The notes: generated by a model not told the origin, from the letters alone. Shown: positions 1 to 13,859, counted from the whole stretch's first letter. The stretch: 59,688 nucleotides of DNA, filler included, from Sphacelaria rigidula (GCA_964200075.2; 6 parts of 6 records of this genome joined end to end with filler, not necessarily neighbours in it), one strand, 5' to 3'. Numbers and translations are program-made.

Positions 1-552
1 AGCGACGCCACGAAAACCGGTGAGAAGTAGCTCCCCCGAGTTCCACGGGGAGAGAAAAGAAAGGAAGAAAAAACAAACAAACAACAAAACGCCAGATCTG
101 TCAGAAGTGTACACCGAAAGAAAGGAAGAGAGAAGATAAAAGAGGACAAAAAACATACACAGACAAAACGACAACGATGTGTGGTCCCACTCAAAATAAA
201 TGAAAAAAAATGCTCCTGTATTATGTAGTACAGTTCAGTAGGTAGAACAAAAAATGTTGGTAGTGGTGGAAGTACCATTCGATATCTAAAAGTGCTTTCG
301 CGAGAGGGCTACATACATATATACCAACCGTAAGTAGCCATCTTGTTATTTTCACTCGTTATTTGCAAATAACGAGAGGAAATAACCAACCGGAAGAAAC
401 GGCCTTATTTTTCTACGGTTGGTTATTTCACAAGATTCTCGGGAAAAAAATACGAGACGGGTCACATTTCACGAGATAGGCGCTCCTGGCTTGTAAAGTC
501 CTTCAAATAATAAATTTGATAAATGAATAAATGAATTAAAGATCGTCTGAGG

Positions 553-868
553 ATGGATGGTTGTATTTTATTTTTGGATAAGGGGAAGACAATATATTAT
601 TAATAAAATAAATATTTAATTAATTGGATGGATGGATGGATGGATGGATGGATGGATGGATGGATGGATGGATGGATGGTCATTTGATTTTTTTTTGAGC
701 GAGGGAAAGACAGGATGGTTGTATTTTATTTTTGGATAAGGGAAAGACAATATATTATTAATAAAATAAATATTCAATTAATTGATTGGATGTATGGATG
801 GATGGATGTATGGATGGATGGATGGATGGTCATTTGATTTATTTTTTTGAGCAAGGGAAAGACAATAT
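553..868. repeat. Tandem ~160-bp duplication, each unit containing a (GGAT)n microsatellite
   Basis: ggatggttgtattttatttttggataagg...aagacaatatattattaataaaataaat...(ggat)n...gtcatttgattt occurs twice. Confidence 0.9.
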
Positions 869-1779
869 TGTGGTGCGCACAGAGTCAGAAAGTAAAGAGA
901 GAGAATGCGTTCTTTTCCACGACAAAAGAAGTGATGGCATCCACTCTTCTATCTCATTTCTCGTGCTCGGCTTCCATGTCAGTTGCTGTTGTTTCACCGC
1001 AGCACGTACGTAGGACGCCGTACTGCGTGCAAAGGGCATGACATCCTGTGGCATGGCATGCCTTCTGAGTGTGCGGGAGGACCGCGTGCTCAGGGGACTG
1101 CATCGGAATTGACACATTCCCATGGTTGGGGTTAGTGTTAGGGTTGGTGTTGAAGACAAGGTTCTGCACGGACTGGCCTGATTGGTTTTGAAAAACGTCG
1201 ATCCTGAGTTGTTTCGAACCAAGATGTTGTGGTCCCGTAATCACGCGGTCCTCCCACGCATTGCAACTTTGACAGTACTACAGTAAAATCATTTTCACCG
1301 CCGAGAGTGGGAAGAGTACAAGAAAGCTACAATAATACAATCAACTTCACGCATGATTTGGATCTGGTCTGCCAGGGTTGTCATCGACAACACGGTTGGC
1401 GGTGGAGGTGTGGTGACGGTGTGTATGTATATGTGTGTGTGTGTGGCATTGGCAGACCTCAATCCGCCGCGCAGGCGCGGATCAGCACGAAAGCGCGTTC
1501 GGCGCACGCCTGGAGTACTTGGGACTGTAAGCAAGCCTCACCAAAGATGAGAATATCGATGTCGGACGTTCAGACTCGGATCAAGTAAGCTCATGCTTAA
1601 AAGACACATTCCACCAAGTGGTGAGAACCACTGCATTTGTCGGGCGCAGTTGGAACTGTCTGAATAACATGTCCTACATCTCATCTGAAAAACAAAAACA
1701 TTGAGGCGGTACACCCTTTGGCCGCGAGCGGAGGCAGTCCTTGAATCAGGATCAATTTCACTTGAAAAATGGTTACTAT

Positions 1780-3870
1780 ATGACCAGATGGCTGGTCGAC
1801 GGAGCAATGACGGCCTCAATCAACCCGCCACTTATCTTCGCGCCCCCTCCGTTCTTGCAGCTCCCGGTGCCTCACACCTCGCCCATAAAAGGCAGCAAGC
1901 GCATTTATATGTCTTCCCGCCGATGGAGGAGGGAAGGGAAGGGCTGGGAGAGGCAAGGAGGGAAAGCGATGTGCGTAGGTCACTCAAAGTGCGACATGGC
2001 ATAGCACGATGTTTGTGCAATCTGAAAGGGTGCAGCCCATTTGCTACATCACAGACAGGTTATTGCTCGTGTGAAGAAACAGAAATCATCGAAACATCAA
2101 AGTTTTTCAGTGTGTGGAAGGGGGTCAGGTGTATTCCATACATTCAAGGGAAAAATTCGGATCCATACATTCAAGGGAAATTTTTGGATGTGGCGGGACA
2201 GAGCTGCTCGCCACGCTACAGTAGCATCACAACTGGGTTGTGCAGGTTGGTGTTGCCACATGCACCGCTCAGGGTCTCGCAGCAACGCGACCGGCGCCAG
2301 AGGTATGCATTTGCTTTGCTCCATCTTCAAATCCACCGAACGAGACAAGTAATGGTGGGGATATCGTCATGATGCTGCGTTCGCCTATGGGTGGTGCGCC
2401 CAAAGTTTTCTGAGGCTGCAGACTGTAATAAGGCCCGGATGTTTGTCGTCAAGAGGCTCCCAAAGTGCCCAGCCCTGGAGAAAAATTGTGCACCCCGACC
2501 ATGAGCACGGGGTCTCCGCTCGAGCCGGGTCAGGGTACTCTCGAGGCACTGCGTAATTTGTACGAGTAACATAAGATTGCTCACACTTTACGTGCTGCGC
2601 CTGTCCTGTACTACTGTTGTACTGTGCCGCTGCTCTTTTTCGTCTGTAGGAGTGACGGTGAGTTCATTGCATCCATTCATGAGGGGCACATGACGGCCCG
2701 AGGAACACCGTCCTCCACTTCTCTGTTGTATATATACTACAGACTGCTGCTGCCGTGCGAGCACTACCGAAAATACATAATATGAGGTGCAAGCAGTGTT
2801 GACAATCTTTGTGTATGGATGGCCCACGCGGCAGCGAGGGAAAACATTCAGATGTCACATCGGGTGAAGCGTATCGTATGCTTGTACACAACACTTGAAC
2901 AGCATACAAACTCATGCAGAACGCTGTCAGTACCATCTGTTTCGTATAATATACGGTACGAAGCAGTACGGTACAGGAGCAGGAATACACACGTACAGGA
3001 GGGGTAAATGCACCACTGTGCACTTACTCTCGAGAATCGGGCTGCCGAATGAACAAGACAGACAGGGCAGCAAGCGACCGCATTGGCAACCCTCCACGAA
3101 TAGAACCCTTGCCCTCCTTGGCGAGTTGTTGGTTAAATCACAGAGCAAACAGGGTGAGAGCAACCGTGACGGACAAAAACACCTAGATGTAGGATCAATC
3201 CATTTTCCGTTTCCCCCACACATAAACCCGCACGATCGGCGGTAAAATAAGCAGAAAGGAACACGGGGCAACGAGCAACGAGTAATCCGATATTTCAGCT
3301 GCTCAGTATGCGTGCGTGACCGCTTTCGTGACATCCCGCACCTGTTTCTTTTCCTCAAACTAGATGCATCTCTCATGGTCAGACTTCTGTCTGTGTTCAT
3401 CATACCTTCTTCCGCGGTGGGTCGGGATCTTTGCAGGCAGGATGAGGTATTCCACTCGAAGGGTTCCACGACTTGTTGTGCTCGACACTATATGTATACT
3501 AACCAAATGACTTGATGTTGGCAAGATGTTTCAGTTAGGATAAGAAAAATTGTAAAATAATGAGGTACGTGCGATCTGCCAGCAGGGTTGATTCTGCTGC
3601 TACGTGTGCCCCACTGCTGCTTCGTGAATTTTCGGCACACACGGTTTCACTGTTCACTCTATTACGCGTGATGCAACTGTTGTCTGTAGAGCACGGTTAT
3701 TTCGCCACGACGTTTTCGTCATCATTTTTGCGGTATGTTTGCACTGTTCGTAATGTATGTGCATGATTGTCCGCACAGTGATTTTTCTGACTGAAGGAGT
3801 TCTTGTGAGTTTGCAGGCAATTCTGCTGCGGTGTGGTGAAACGTGAGCGGCCATGGACGGACCGGCCGCC
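1780..3870 (+). repeat. Diverged ~2.1-kb direct repeat, copy A (possibly a decayed multi-exon gene)
   Basis: Collinear blocks shared with 5260-7510, e.g. tacagtagcatcacaa, gaggtatgc.ttgctttgctccatct, acatcccgcacctgtttcttt, ttgcaggcaggatgaggtattcc. Confidence 0.85.
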
Positions 3871-4103
3871 AGGTTGTTATAGAAATATGACCACTTGGTC
3901 GAATCGACGCGAGAATAGGTCATCTGTTGAATCGGCAATAACCCTTTCACTTGAACCCTTATCATATGGAAAGAGTAGATCACCTGCTGAACCGGCATCA
4001 ATATTTACTTGGAAAAAGTATGCGTGATCCAGATGGACTACCCGCACCGCGGGCCGAAGTGTCAAGAAAGTGCCCGCGATTCAGATGGACCACCCTCGCG
4101 AGG

Positions 4104-4516
4104 AAATCCTGAGAAATGGGGTCAACAGAAGAATGAGAACATGCAGTGTTCTCCCTGACCTAAAGTCGTGACAGATTAATTTCATATGGACGACGGCATC
4201 CTCCCCCACCTCCGTAAAACTATTTTGGGAGCTTACTGAGGGGTATGTGCGGGATCACATTCAATTTTTGCCTCGATTTCGGGGTGAAATAGGAAAAGGA
4301 CGCGTCACAGGCCAAAAATCGGGCTTCCACATATATACCATCTGGGGGGGCGGAAGACGGGAAACCCCGCCGCAAAATAGTTTTGAGGAGGTCGGCGGAG
4401 GGGATGAATTCGTCCATATAAAAGTCACATATATCATGACTTGAGGTCAGGGAAAGCACTGTGGTATTGGAATAGAACGTCATTTTAATGTTCAACCCTA
4501 TTTCTCAGCAGAATCC
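4104..4516. mobile_element. MITE/foldback element, family 1 (long imperfect TIRs)
   Basis: Left arm ...ccctgacctaaagtcgtga...catatggacga...aaaactattttg pairs with right arm caaaatagttttg...tcgtccatat...tcatgacttgaggtcaggg; same family at 9437-9866. Confidence 0.8.
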
Positions 4517-5259
4517 TCTGTTTGTTCTCGGTTGGTGCACACATGATCTGGGCCAGGCAATAACCTTCAACCCTAAGACCGCGAGGAGGGTAGTTGGTCC
4601 ATATATCTCCACTTTCTTCAAGTGGAATCAGTGCCGAATCAACAGATGACCTATTTCGGAAATGTCTACACATCTTCTTTATATCCATATGATCAAAGTT
4701 CAGTGGCACTGCTATACGTAGTTTATGTACGTCAAGTAGATGTAGACGTGTAGAGATTTCCGTAACATGACTTGCTACCCTGGCTCTCTACGGGTGTAAG
4801 TGAACGTGATGGCGGATCAACGGATGCCAGGATCTGGCGTAAAAAGCGGTTCAATAACTTTCGACGGAATCATATTTTTGATATAGCGCTAGCCGTAACC
4901 CCAACCGAGCCATGCCACCACAGTTTCCCCCCCGGGAGGACCAAAACACCGTAAGGAAGAAACATACAGTGCGCATCGAGAGGATGGGTGGTTTCAGCAA
5001 CCGCGTCTTTCTTTGGATTTACGATAAAAATGCAGATAGCTCGTTTCGCGAAACCAGGTCTTCTTGTAGTTTTTCTTGAAGGATGCAGATATTATCAAGT
5101 GGTGTCTCAACGAGACGAAAAAAACACGGTTGTTACGAAGAGGAAAGAGCGTTCAAAGCAGCAAGCTGAGTGACTGTCGGGCGGGTTCATGGCTGCGACG
5201 ACCAATCAACATGCTGCTTCTGGGCGTTTGTTCCTCTTGTCTCGACAAGAATCACCAGA

Positions 5260-7510
5260 TAGCGGGTCAAAGGGCCAATGACGCCCCCAGTTAACCGGCG
5301 CCACTTCCCTCTGCGACCCCCCCTCGTTCTTGCAATCTCCAGTGCCTCACACCCCACCCGTGTAAGAGGCAGCTAACACATCTGAACGTCTTCCCGAAGG
5401 TGGAGGAAGGGAGAGGAAGGGCTAGGATAGGCGGGGAGGCACATCGACGAGCGCATGTCACTCGAAGTTACGACATAATGTAGAATAACGTTGCGCAATC
5501 TGAGAGGGTGGTGAAGCCAATTAATTTGCCACGTCACAGACAGGTTAGTGCTTGCAGGAACACATAGTGCTTGCATGAACACATAATAACAGGACAGTTT
5601 TTCAGTGTCAGAATCACATGAATTGCATCACTATATCGCGTATGCAGTATATGGTGGAATGATCTGGTGGGACAGAGCGGCTCTCCAGTATACAGTAGCA
5701 TCACAATTGGGTAGCGGGTGGATGTTGCCACATGGCTCAAGGTCATCTCGCAGCAACACGAACGGCACAGAGGTATGCGATTGCTTTGCTCCATCTCTAA
5801 CTGCACAATACGAGACAAGCAGGGATGGTGTTATCACCATGATGCCGCGCTCGCGCTTATGGAGGCGAGGGCAGCAATAGCGGGAGCAACAGTCGCAGGG
5901 AGCAACACAGTAGGAAAAAATAGCGTATGTGCACGGGGACCCCATCCATGCCGGGTGAAGCTACTCTCGAGTTACTGTCCTATCTGTCATATTTTCAAAC
6001 CAACATCGCCCACACTACGCGTGCTGCGTCTCTACTGCATGTACTGTATTGCATCTGCTCTGCTCGTCGTCTGTAGGAGTACCGGTACATTCTTTGCATC
6101 CATTCATTCGAGGCACATGATGTCGCGAGCGAATATGTTGCATCGACTGGTGGTCGGCCGTGCTTACTACGCTGTAATTTACTGTCCGCCGCTTCTGTCG
6201 TATCCTACGGACTACTACGCGCGAGAGCTAGCGGAAATATATATTGAAGTGCAAGCTGTGCTGGCGAGCTTCTTCGTGTGGGTGCATGCGGATGGCGCAC
6301 GCGGCAGCGAGAGAGAGCATTCGGATGTCATATCAGGTGAAGCGTACAATTCTTGTACACGACACTCGCACAGCACGGTGCGAGCATGAATGGTGCTGTC
6401 AGTGCTGTACTAAATATGTACGGCTCGAAGCAGTAAGGGGCAGGAGCAGGAGTATACTACAATATACGGGTACAGGAATGCGGTGCATGCACAATGTGGT
6501 GCACTCACCCTCAAAATGGGCAGGCGAATGAACAAGACAGACAAGACGGCAAGAAATCGTACCGTAGTGGCAACCATCCACGATGTATTCCTGCCCCCTC
6601 CCGCAAGTGGTACGTCAAATCATAGACAGGGCAGACAGGGTGGAGAACAACCATGATCGACAAAAACACCAAGTAGAATGCAGAATTCATAAATTCCCCC
6701 AACATACAGTATATCGCACCATCGGCGGCCGAATCAGTAAGAAAGACGGGGCAACGAGTAATCCGATATTTCAGCGATATACAGTACAGTAGTACAGCAT
6801 ACATGCGTGATGCGACTCCTTATTTCGCAACATCCCGCACCTGTTTCTTTCATTCAAAATTGACTGTTCATGATTCGATTGCCCTTTGCTCATACCTTCT
6901 TTACCGGTTGACTGCGACCGATCGTTGCAGGCAGGATGAGGTATTCCCCTCGATGCGTTGCCCGTCTTGCTGTTGGCCTTATTATATTGGCACTGACGAA
7001 ACGGCTTGGCTGTTGAGATGTTTTGGTTCTAATGAAGAATAAATGTGATGTGTGATGAGGAGGGCGCAATTTGCTGGTAGGAGTGACTCTGCTGTCGCGT
7101 GCCACCAGCCCTCATTCTGTACATGGTTGACGCGGGTGTGTATACGTCACTCTTCGCCACCTATGGTTGCAGTGTTCACTCTCTTACTACTCCTGTCTAG
7201 AGCTTTTCGCAGAGCACGGTCATTTCGCCGCGTTCTGTTTGCTCCTCGTCGGTATTTTTGCGGCTTATTATCATGATCATGCAACATATTTTTGGACAAA
7301 CATCCCGCGGAAACACCGACGAGAAGCAAACGTCGTGGCGAAATAACCGTGCACTGGGAAATATTTTTGCAGCATGTTTGCATGATGTCATGATGTCTGA
7401 GTATGCTTGCTCAAATCGTGAATTTCAATATTTTCTGATGTAAGAAATTCTTGCGGGTCTGCAAAAAGTTACATTTTCGAGGTGGTGAAACATGTTTAGC
7501 ATGGACGGAC
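5260..7510 (+). repeat. Diverged direct repeat, copy B
   Basis: Collinear with 1780-3870 at an offset of about 3.5 kb. Confidence 0.85.
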
Positions 7511-8289
7511 CGCCTGGCAACTCATATGACCTGCAGCCTCTGACAGACGAGCTGGGCAAGAGGACTATCCACGAGGGACTCTATCATTTGGCAACAGACC
7601 GCACTCGTTCAAATTTGACCGTCGTCTCGGTTGGTAATCTGGGTCAGGCAAACCATATAGCCTTCTAAATAAAGTGAAAGTGATCGTGGTTCAACGGACA
7701 TGCTTCACCCTGACGATCAAATGGTGACCCCATTTCCGTGGAAATCGTGATGTTGAAACAACGCTAACGGTAACCCTAACCTAGCTATGTTACACTATTA
7801 GCTCCCCCCGAAAAAGCCCAAAAAAAGTTGTAGCAGTATGTAAGAAATATTATATGGCGGAGAAGCGCTTCGGGATAATGGGTAGGTTCAGCAACCAGGT
7901 CCTGAGATTCATTATTATGAGGAAGCAGTCAGTAACCGTTCAGAAACAAACAGGGTCTTGAAATACTATATTGAAGAATTCACAACTACTAGAGGTATCT
8001 CAAACAACTCGAAGTTCTTGATATTTTCATCTGTAAAATACTGTGAAACACACCGGGAATCTCGAGTTTGCGATACCTCTATTATTCCATCATTATTATT
8101 ATTTATTTGTCTCAACGCCTCCCGTCGCTCGGGACGACTCCGTGGTCTCAAAGAATCAATCCATCTTTCCTCAGTAGAATGCAGATGGTTACCTGGTTCC
8201 AGAAAGAGGCGCTGTTATGTAATTGAACCTTGTTTGAATGTTCAACCTTATTATTTTCGAAAATGATCTGTTGAAACCAGATCGAACCG

Positions 8290-8520
8290 AACCTCACATA
8301 CAACATGAACAGCATGCAGACTTTGCCTCGGTGCCCTTTCATTGCACTTTTCTGGGGGAGGGAAGGGCGTAGTATACCGTGGAATCACTTGACCCCAACC
8401 CAAAACGTACCGATAACGCTATGGCAAGGGAGGTGCAAAGGGTGCCCTTGGCAAAGTGTGCGTTGGCAGACCTCAAGTCGGCGCCTCAGGCGCCGATTGG
8501 CGCCGATTTTTACGAAATAA
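8290..8520 (+). pseudogene. C-terminal remnant of a piggyBac-like (DDE_Tnp_1_7-type) transposase
   Basis: HLTPT...QGRCKGC resembles the HLTPT..QGRCxxC Cys-rich tail recalled for stramenopile piggyBac-like transposases (from memory, not searched). Confidence 0.35.
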
Positions 8521-9058
8521 ACGCTCTCTGCGCCCGCTATATGGGAGCACGCTTGGGACTGTGGTCCTACTGAAGATCCGAAACTCGGTGTCCAGGTTGT
8601 AGTCGAGCAATGATATTTCGCGATTGCCATCGATCAGTGAATGGCAACTACTACCGGCCTTATACATAACGCCCCGGCTAGTTTTATTGGCCCTGCCCCT
8701 GCCCGACCCCTTCTTCGTGTTTTTTTGTTTTTGCATGTTCCGCCCGCGTAACTTCGTTGTTCGGGTGTTTCATGTTCTTTTCCGTCGACGCCGTACTCTA
8801 TTTTCACCCCGCAAACCCGCATTATTCTCCTGTCATCCATTAATTACCCCGACCACCCTACCTGCTTGTTGACGTGTCATGTGACTTGTGCAGTGTATGT
8901 ACGTTGTCATCGGTAGTTTTTTTCCAATAAGACCCCGCACTTGATCAATATACATAATTTCCTCGAAATATGTGGTGTTATGAACTTATCGAAATATGAT
9001 CGAACTTTCTTTGAAAGATTCATGATGTTGTTGAGCATCGCGTTTCAGCATTCGTTTT

Positions 9059-9310
9059 AGGGTCCTTCTTATCGAAGGGGATTTTCTCCCTTTTCAAAAT
9101 GATCATTTCAGAAAAACAACCCCTGGTTGGCCGCTACGACACTTCCCCCCCGCACAAAAGTGCCTGATTTGGAGAGGTAAAATCTTCACGTAAATCTATA
9201 TGGAAAAAGCCAAGCACAACGAGCAGCGGGAAATTTCCACGCTTGGGTTCGTCCTCGCCGATGTCGCCCATATGAGGCGTTTCATGCAGCCTGAACCCAA
9301 ACGTCAAGCG
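9059..9310. repeat. Dispersed repeat (other copies at ~31155-31315 and partly at 58878-58920)
   Basis: cacaacgagcagc.ggga.tt.ccacgcttgggtt.gt...tgtcgcccatatgaggcg shared with contig 4; ccttcttatcgaaggggatt shared with contig 6. Confidence 0.8.
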
Positions 9311-9436
9311 CTCTACAAGCTGGGCCAGCTGACAGCGATTTTTCAATGAAGACTAGAGATGCAATTGGTGGTTCGAAGAGTTTGGCGCTGAAATTTCGAC
9401 ACGGCATTTTCATCACCACCCAATAATAACAACAGC

Positions 9437-9866
9437 GGATTCTTCTCGAAAATGGGGTTGAAAAAAAAAAAGAGGTTCATCTCAAGAGTCATCGTGCTTT
9501 CCCTGTCCTGAATTCATGACAAATAATGACCTTCATATTTATGGACGACCCCATCCCTCCCAACCTCCCTAGAACTATTTCGGGGGGTTTCTAGCCCTCC
9601 TTCCCCCCAAAGGATATGTCATGTGCGAAAGCACGATTTTTGCACCAAAAAAAAGCGTCTTTTTTTCACCCCGAAATCGAGGTAAAAGTGTGCTTTTGCA
9701 CAGCATCTTGTCATGCCCTTTGGGGGAACGAAATGCTTGAAATCCCCCGAAATAGTTTCAGGGAGGTCGGGAAGGATGAGGTCGTCCATATGAAAGCCAT
9801 ATGTCATGAATTTAGGTCAGGGGAATCACGGCTTTTGAGTTGAACCTCATTTTGTTTTTCAACCCC
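9437..9866. mobile_element. MITE/foldback element, family 1, second copy (runs to the contig end)
   Basis: ggggttgaaaaa...gaggttca...ccctgtcctgaattcatgac pairs with gtcatgaatttaggtcaggg...tgaacctc...ttcaacccc. Confidence 0.8.
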
Positions 9867-9966
9867 NNNNNNNNNNNNNNNNNNNNNNNNNNNNNNNNNN
9901 NNNNNNNNNNTTAATTAATTAANNNNNNNNNNNNNNNNNNNNNNNNNNNNNNNNNNNNNNNNNNNN
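9867..9966. other. Artificial contig-joining linker (N44-TTAATTAATTAA-N44)
   Basis: 100-bp gap with a six-frame stop linker, identical at five positions in the window. Confidence 0.98.
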
Positions 9967-10289
9967 AGAGAACAAACAATGCGCGAGCAGAGTTCAATAG
10001 TACAGTGCCGTACATCATCCCTCAAGTACAGCGACAACAGCTAGGGGAGTACAGTAGCGTTCGTTATAGTGATACATATGGCAGCGCAGCGCAGCATAAA
10101 ATATTACCATCGCTGCAGAGTACGGCGTCAGCACTTATTATCCGCTTGTCAAACCCCGTGCGAAGTTGCTTCAGCAGCTGGGTCGGGCAGTAGCCACGAC
10201 TGTGTGCTGTCACAAGACTGTCTTCTGCTGCCGTTGCAAAATAGCAAACGCCTCGTACTCTTGTATTGGACGTCAATGCACGTACGTCA

Positions 10290-10900
10290 CCTCACAAAAA
10301 TCGGGGGGAGTCACAATCTCGGAACGATTTTCCCCGATTTTTCGAGAAAAATTGGGGGAAACCGTTCCGAGATCGTGACTCGCTGATTTTTTCCCCCCGA
10401 TTTGGTCCAAATCGATGTCCATAAAATGCGTTCCCTGATTTTTTTTCCCCCGATGCTCGAAAAATTCGAGATTTTTGTCTGCCATAAAGGTGGGTCTAAG
10501 ACCACTTTGTATGGCAACCAATCCGTATTTGTACAAATATGAGGATTTCAGCCCACTTAAATATGTTTTTCTCCGTGGATTGAATTCTTGGACCCCAGTC
10601 CGTTGGGCAAAATGTTTCGCCTAGCTCTTCGGAAACCAGATCAATTTTCCGATTCTCTGGGCGCTGACTTTTGGTTCATCACCTTTCTGCTCAGATCGGA
10701 AGACTCCCGCATCTCCCCCGATTTGGGGGGAAAATCAATCGACGGGAGAAAATCGGATTTAAACGGGCTGAAATCCTCATATTTGTACAAATACGGATTG
10801 GTTGCAATACTAAGTGGTCCAAGACCATATTTTGTGCCAACAAATCTCGATTTTTCTAGACCCCGATTTCTTCAAAATGGGGGGGATCGTTTTATGATAT
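10290..10900. mobile_element. Foldback element with nested inverted repeats
   Basis: gcaaccaatccgtatttgtacaaatatgaggatttcagccc (10514-10554) is the exact inverse of gggctgaaatcctcatatttgtacaaatacggattggttgc (10765-10805); internal hairpin at 10300-10410. Confidence 0.8.
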
Positions 10901-10929
10901 CACAGATTTTGAAACAATCCTGTACTCGG

Positions 10930-12230
10930 TGGTTTCGTCAGGGCTGTCTGTGTTGTTCGTATTCGATTGATGAGATGATGGGAAGTATTTGGGAGCAGGT
11001 GGAAACATGGTGCGGAAACACTTCCTACTTGTCGATGGTGACGCCAGAAGTTACACTCTCGAGGGTTGGTGGATGCTTCTTTTGTCACAAGCGGATGAGA
11101 TCTGCTCACCACGCCAGCCGATTGCCGACTGATATTTGAATGAAAGACTTACCAAGGACGGACACCCCGACCCATGGTGATCAGTCCGCGACAACGATGA
11201 ATATCGCGCCAGAAACTAGCCATGAAATGCTTTCCCAGCACCAGGGATTGGGAAAATGACTATGGGCGTGCTCTGGGTTGCGGCCAAGACTTTTACTGAC
11301 TTGGTTAAGCGGGAGTTTGTTGCAGCAGACACAACGACACACGCCGGTCGATTGCAGTATGTATTGTGCGGCGAACATTCGCAGACGGAGAACGCGGGAA
11401 CGTGATAAGGAAATATCGCGTCTTTCTGGTCATGTCCTTTGACGATATTTAGAGGGGATTATAGTCAATGGTGTTGAACGTGAAAATGAGTCTCCCGCAA
11501 CCTAACCGTTAGACAGCGACCCCCCCCGCAGATGGACTGAGATGAACTAAGGCACATGTGGAGTTCAGAACAACCCTTTCCTCGCTACACCAAACGTCAT
11601 TTTCCATAATCATGTGGATGTTGGGCACCTATATATATATAAAATAGTACCGCAGAACCCCTGACCGGCTTCGACCCTGCAGTCAATTGCTTGCAGAGTC
11701 AGTGTGTGTGCCGTGTGACTTCGCTGGATACAACAGAAAGAAACAGTTAGGGTGCCATCGCTCTCCTGCATTCTGCTGATACCTCTGGATAGTGTTCTAT
11801 AAAACCACAGACAATGTGAAGCTATGCTGACAACACATGAGGAGTGAGGCAGGCGGCACAGACCACGAGCGGCGTGCAAAACGCGTTACTGTATCTGTGC
11901 CCATGCAATCTATGATTGAATTGCCCCACCAAAATGAGAAATACGGCTAGACGGCGAACTAGTCTATCTGAAGTACACCTGTAGAGAAACAGAGTGGCCA
12001 TTCTGAAAGCGGTGATTGGTCTGAACAGTCTCTCCGCTCCTTTCGGGCCTCAAGACGCACATGGTTGACTTGGTGACCTCATCGGCTGTTCTGCGCACAG
12101 GCTTTCACCCCCTCTCAAAAATCACCCCCCTACCCCCTGAAAACCCCCGCATGTCCCTGTACTGTCAACCTGTGAAACTGTTCCGAGGCGACGCTCGCTG
12201 TCTAAGGGTGAAGTATACTTGTCTCCCGCG
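10930..12230 (+). pseudogene. Decayed JmjN/JmjC histone demethylase-like gene (KDM4/5-like), copy A
   Basis: GVQNNPFLATPNVIFHNHVDVGHLY (HxD at 11611-11619) has spacing close to KDM4 [26 protein letters not shown]; upstream MYCAANI (YGAD-like) and a weak JmjN-like segment; downstream CPC at 12152-12160; stops and frameshifts; homologous to 57040-57850. Confidence 0.5.
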
Positions 12231-12779
12231 CCTTCCTCTTCAGCGTAGTGCCCTTCGATCGCGTGGCAAGTGTTAGACCGCATTTTGCCGAGTTCGGGAC
12301 GGTCTTTTCGAGGAGTTTCTTTTTTACTGCTTATCCATTTTCGGAGTCTTACGGATTCATCGACGAAAAACAACTCCCCGATAAAACAATCCCACGCTCA
12401 TGTTCATGGGTAATATGTCGTCAGCTTCGAATTGTTGTATCCTTGACCTGGTTGACAAGATGCTGTCAGTTTTTTCGGGGAGGAATTTTATTTTTTGCGA
12501 AAAAAGTCGGAAAAGTCTGGGGAAAAAACACGCCCAGTTGATAATGACCCTGACCTCAAACCACTCGGTGTAAGCGCCATGTGCCCTCATTCCGGGGTAT
12601 CGAGTATTTCTGGGATTCAGAGCTTTTGCTCATCGCTGTGATGTACCAAAGTCGGTAGCAGGCAGCGAAATAGTCACCACGTGATTGATGGGCATTAGAC
12701 CGGCAAAGAGGTCGTTGGGCATTGCTATTCTTCAATATCATTTCTCGGGATACCCTCTCGTATGTGGTATGGCGTTTTA

Positions 12780-13270
12780 CGTCGGACATTGCCAGTCCCT
12801 CGCGGGGGCCTCGAGGTACACAGGGGGGCAGCTGTCGTTACTTCTCGCACTTGACTACAACAAGTGACGTTTGGTGAACCTCCGTCATGCTTCCTTCCTG
12901 GAAAAATTCAGCCTTAATTCCGATATTCTCCGGAGGAAGAGTTATAAACCTGCGTAAATCTTCGTACAGCCCGAAATGGTGACAGGATGGACGACATGAA
13001 GACATTGCCGACGCCGACACTCGCGTGCCACAAAGCATCTGCGCGACAGTTCTGACCGCAACGAACTGAGCTGTCCACATGATTGAAGGCATAAGGCATG
13101 GCAGGGCGATGTAGCGGAGCCTAACCCGCAGCGCTGTGATGTATGCTTGTGTAGTTGTTCCCATCTTTGCCGCGCTGCCGCAGGGGCGGTTACACCAGTA
13201 TCTTTCGGTACGTGGATTATGCGGCTTAACAACAGCTGGTGTATCTTTCGACGGTTGAGACGTGCCATGT
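12780..13270 (-). pseudogene. Decayed SET-domain + PHD-finger-like gene
   Basis: Frameshifted pieces MPYAFNH...QNC (NHS..PNC-like), LHVVHPVTISGCTKIYAG (I..G.E...Y-like), VVKCEK and PPVYLEAPARDWQCPT (PHD P..DWxCP-like). Confidence 0.35.
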
Positions 13271-13859
13271 TACTCTGTTTTACATCACCTCTGATTTCGA
13301 ATTCCTCGACCGCGACTTAACTCACCCCTGTGAAACTTTGAGCGCAAGTCGGGCATAACGCAGGCAGCATATGCACCGAAGCACAGCTCCTTTCGGCCGC
13401 TGAGCAAGTTAAAGGAAGCGAACACCGATTTCGGGTAATACCGTCGATACGCCCTCAAAACGGCTCTCTCGCAGCCGAGATTCTATGCACCGTGAGTGAA
13501 TGCATATGTGGACGTGGTTGTGCACTTAGTTCCGCCTTATGAGCACCTTGGAGGGTGCAGTGCTGGCAAACACACATACCATAGAGCAGTATTGGCACAC
13601 CCTCTGGATAATGACAGCCTGTAGAAAAGTCATTCCGGTATCGCCTGTAGAGATGCTCAATGCGGTAGGTACGGTCGTGCGCGCGCTGTCGTCGCTGCTA
13701 TGCGCTGAAACTTACTTCGCCGACATGTCATGTAGATCACAATAAACAACCCTACGTGTCGGGATTTGGGGTTGGGCGTTGCAACAGTGCGCGAGAGGAT
13801 GAAAAGAGCTCAGATTATCTTCCGAAATATATTTACATATGTATGTATTATTTCGGCGC

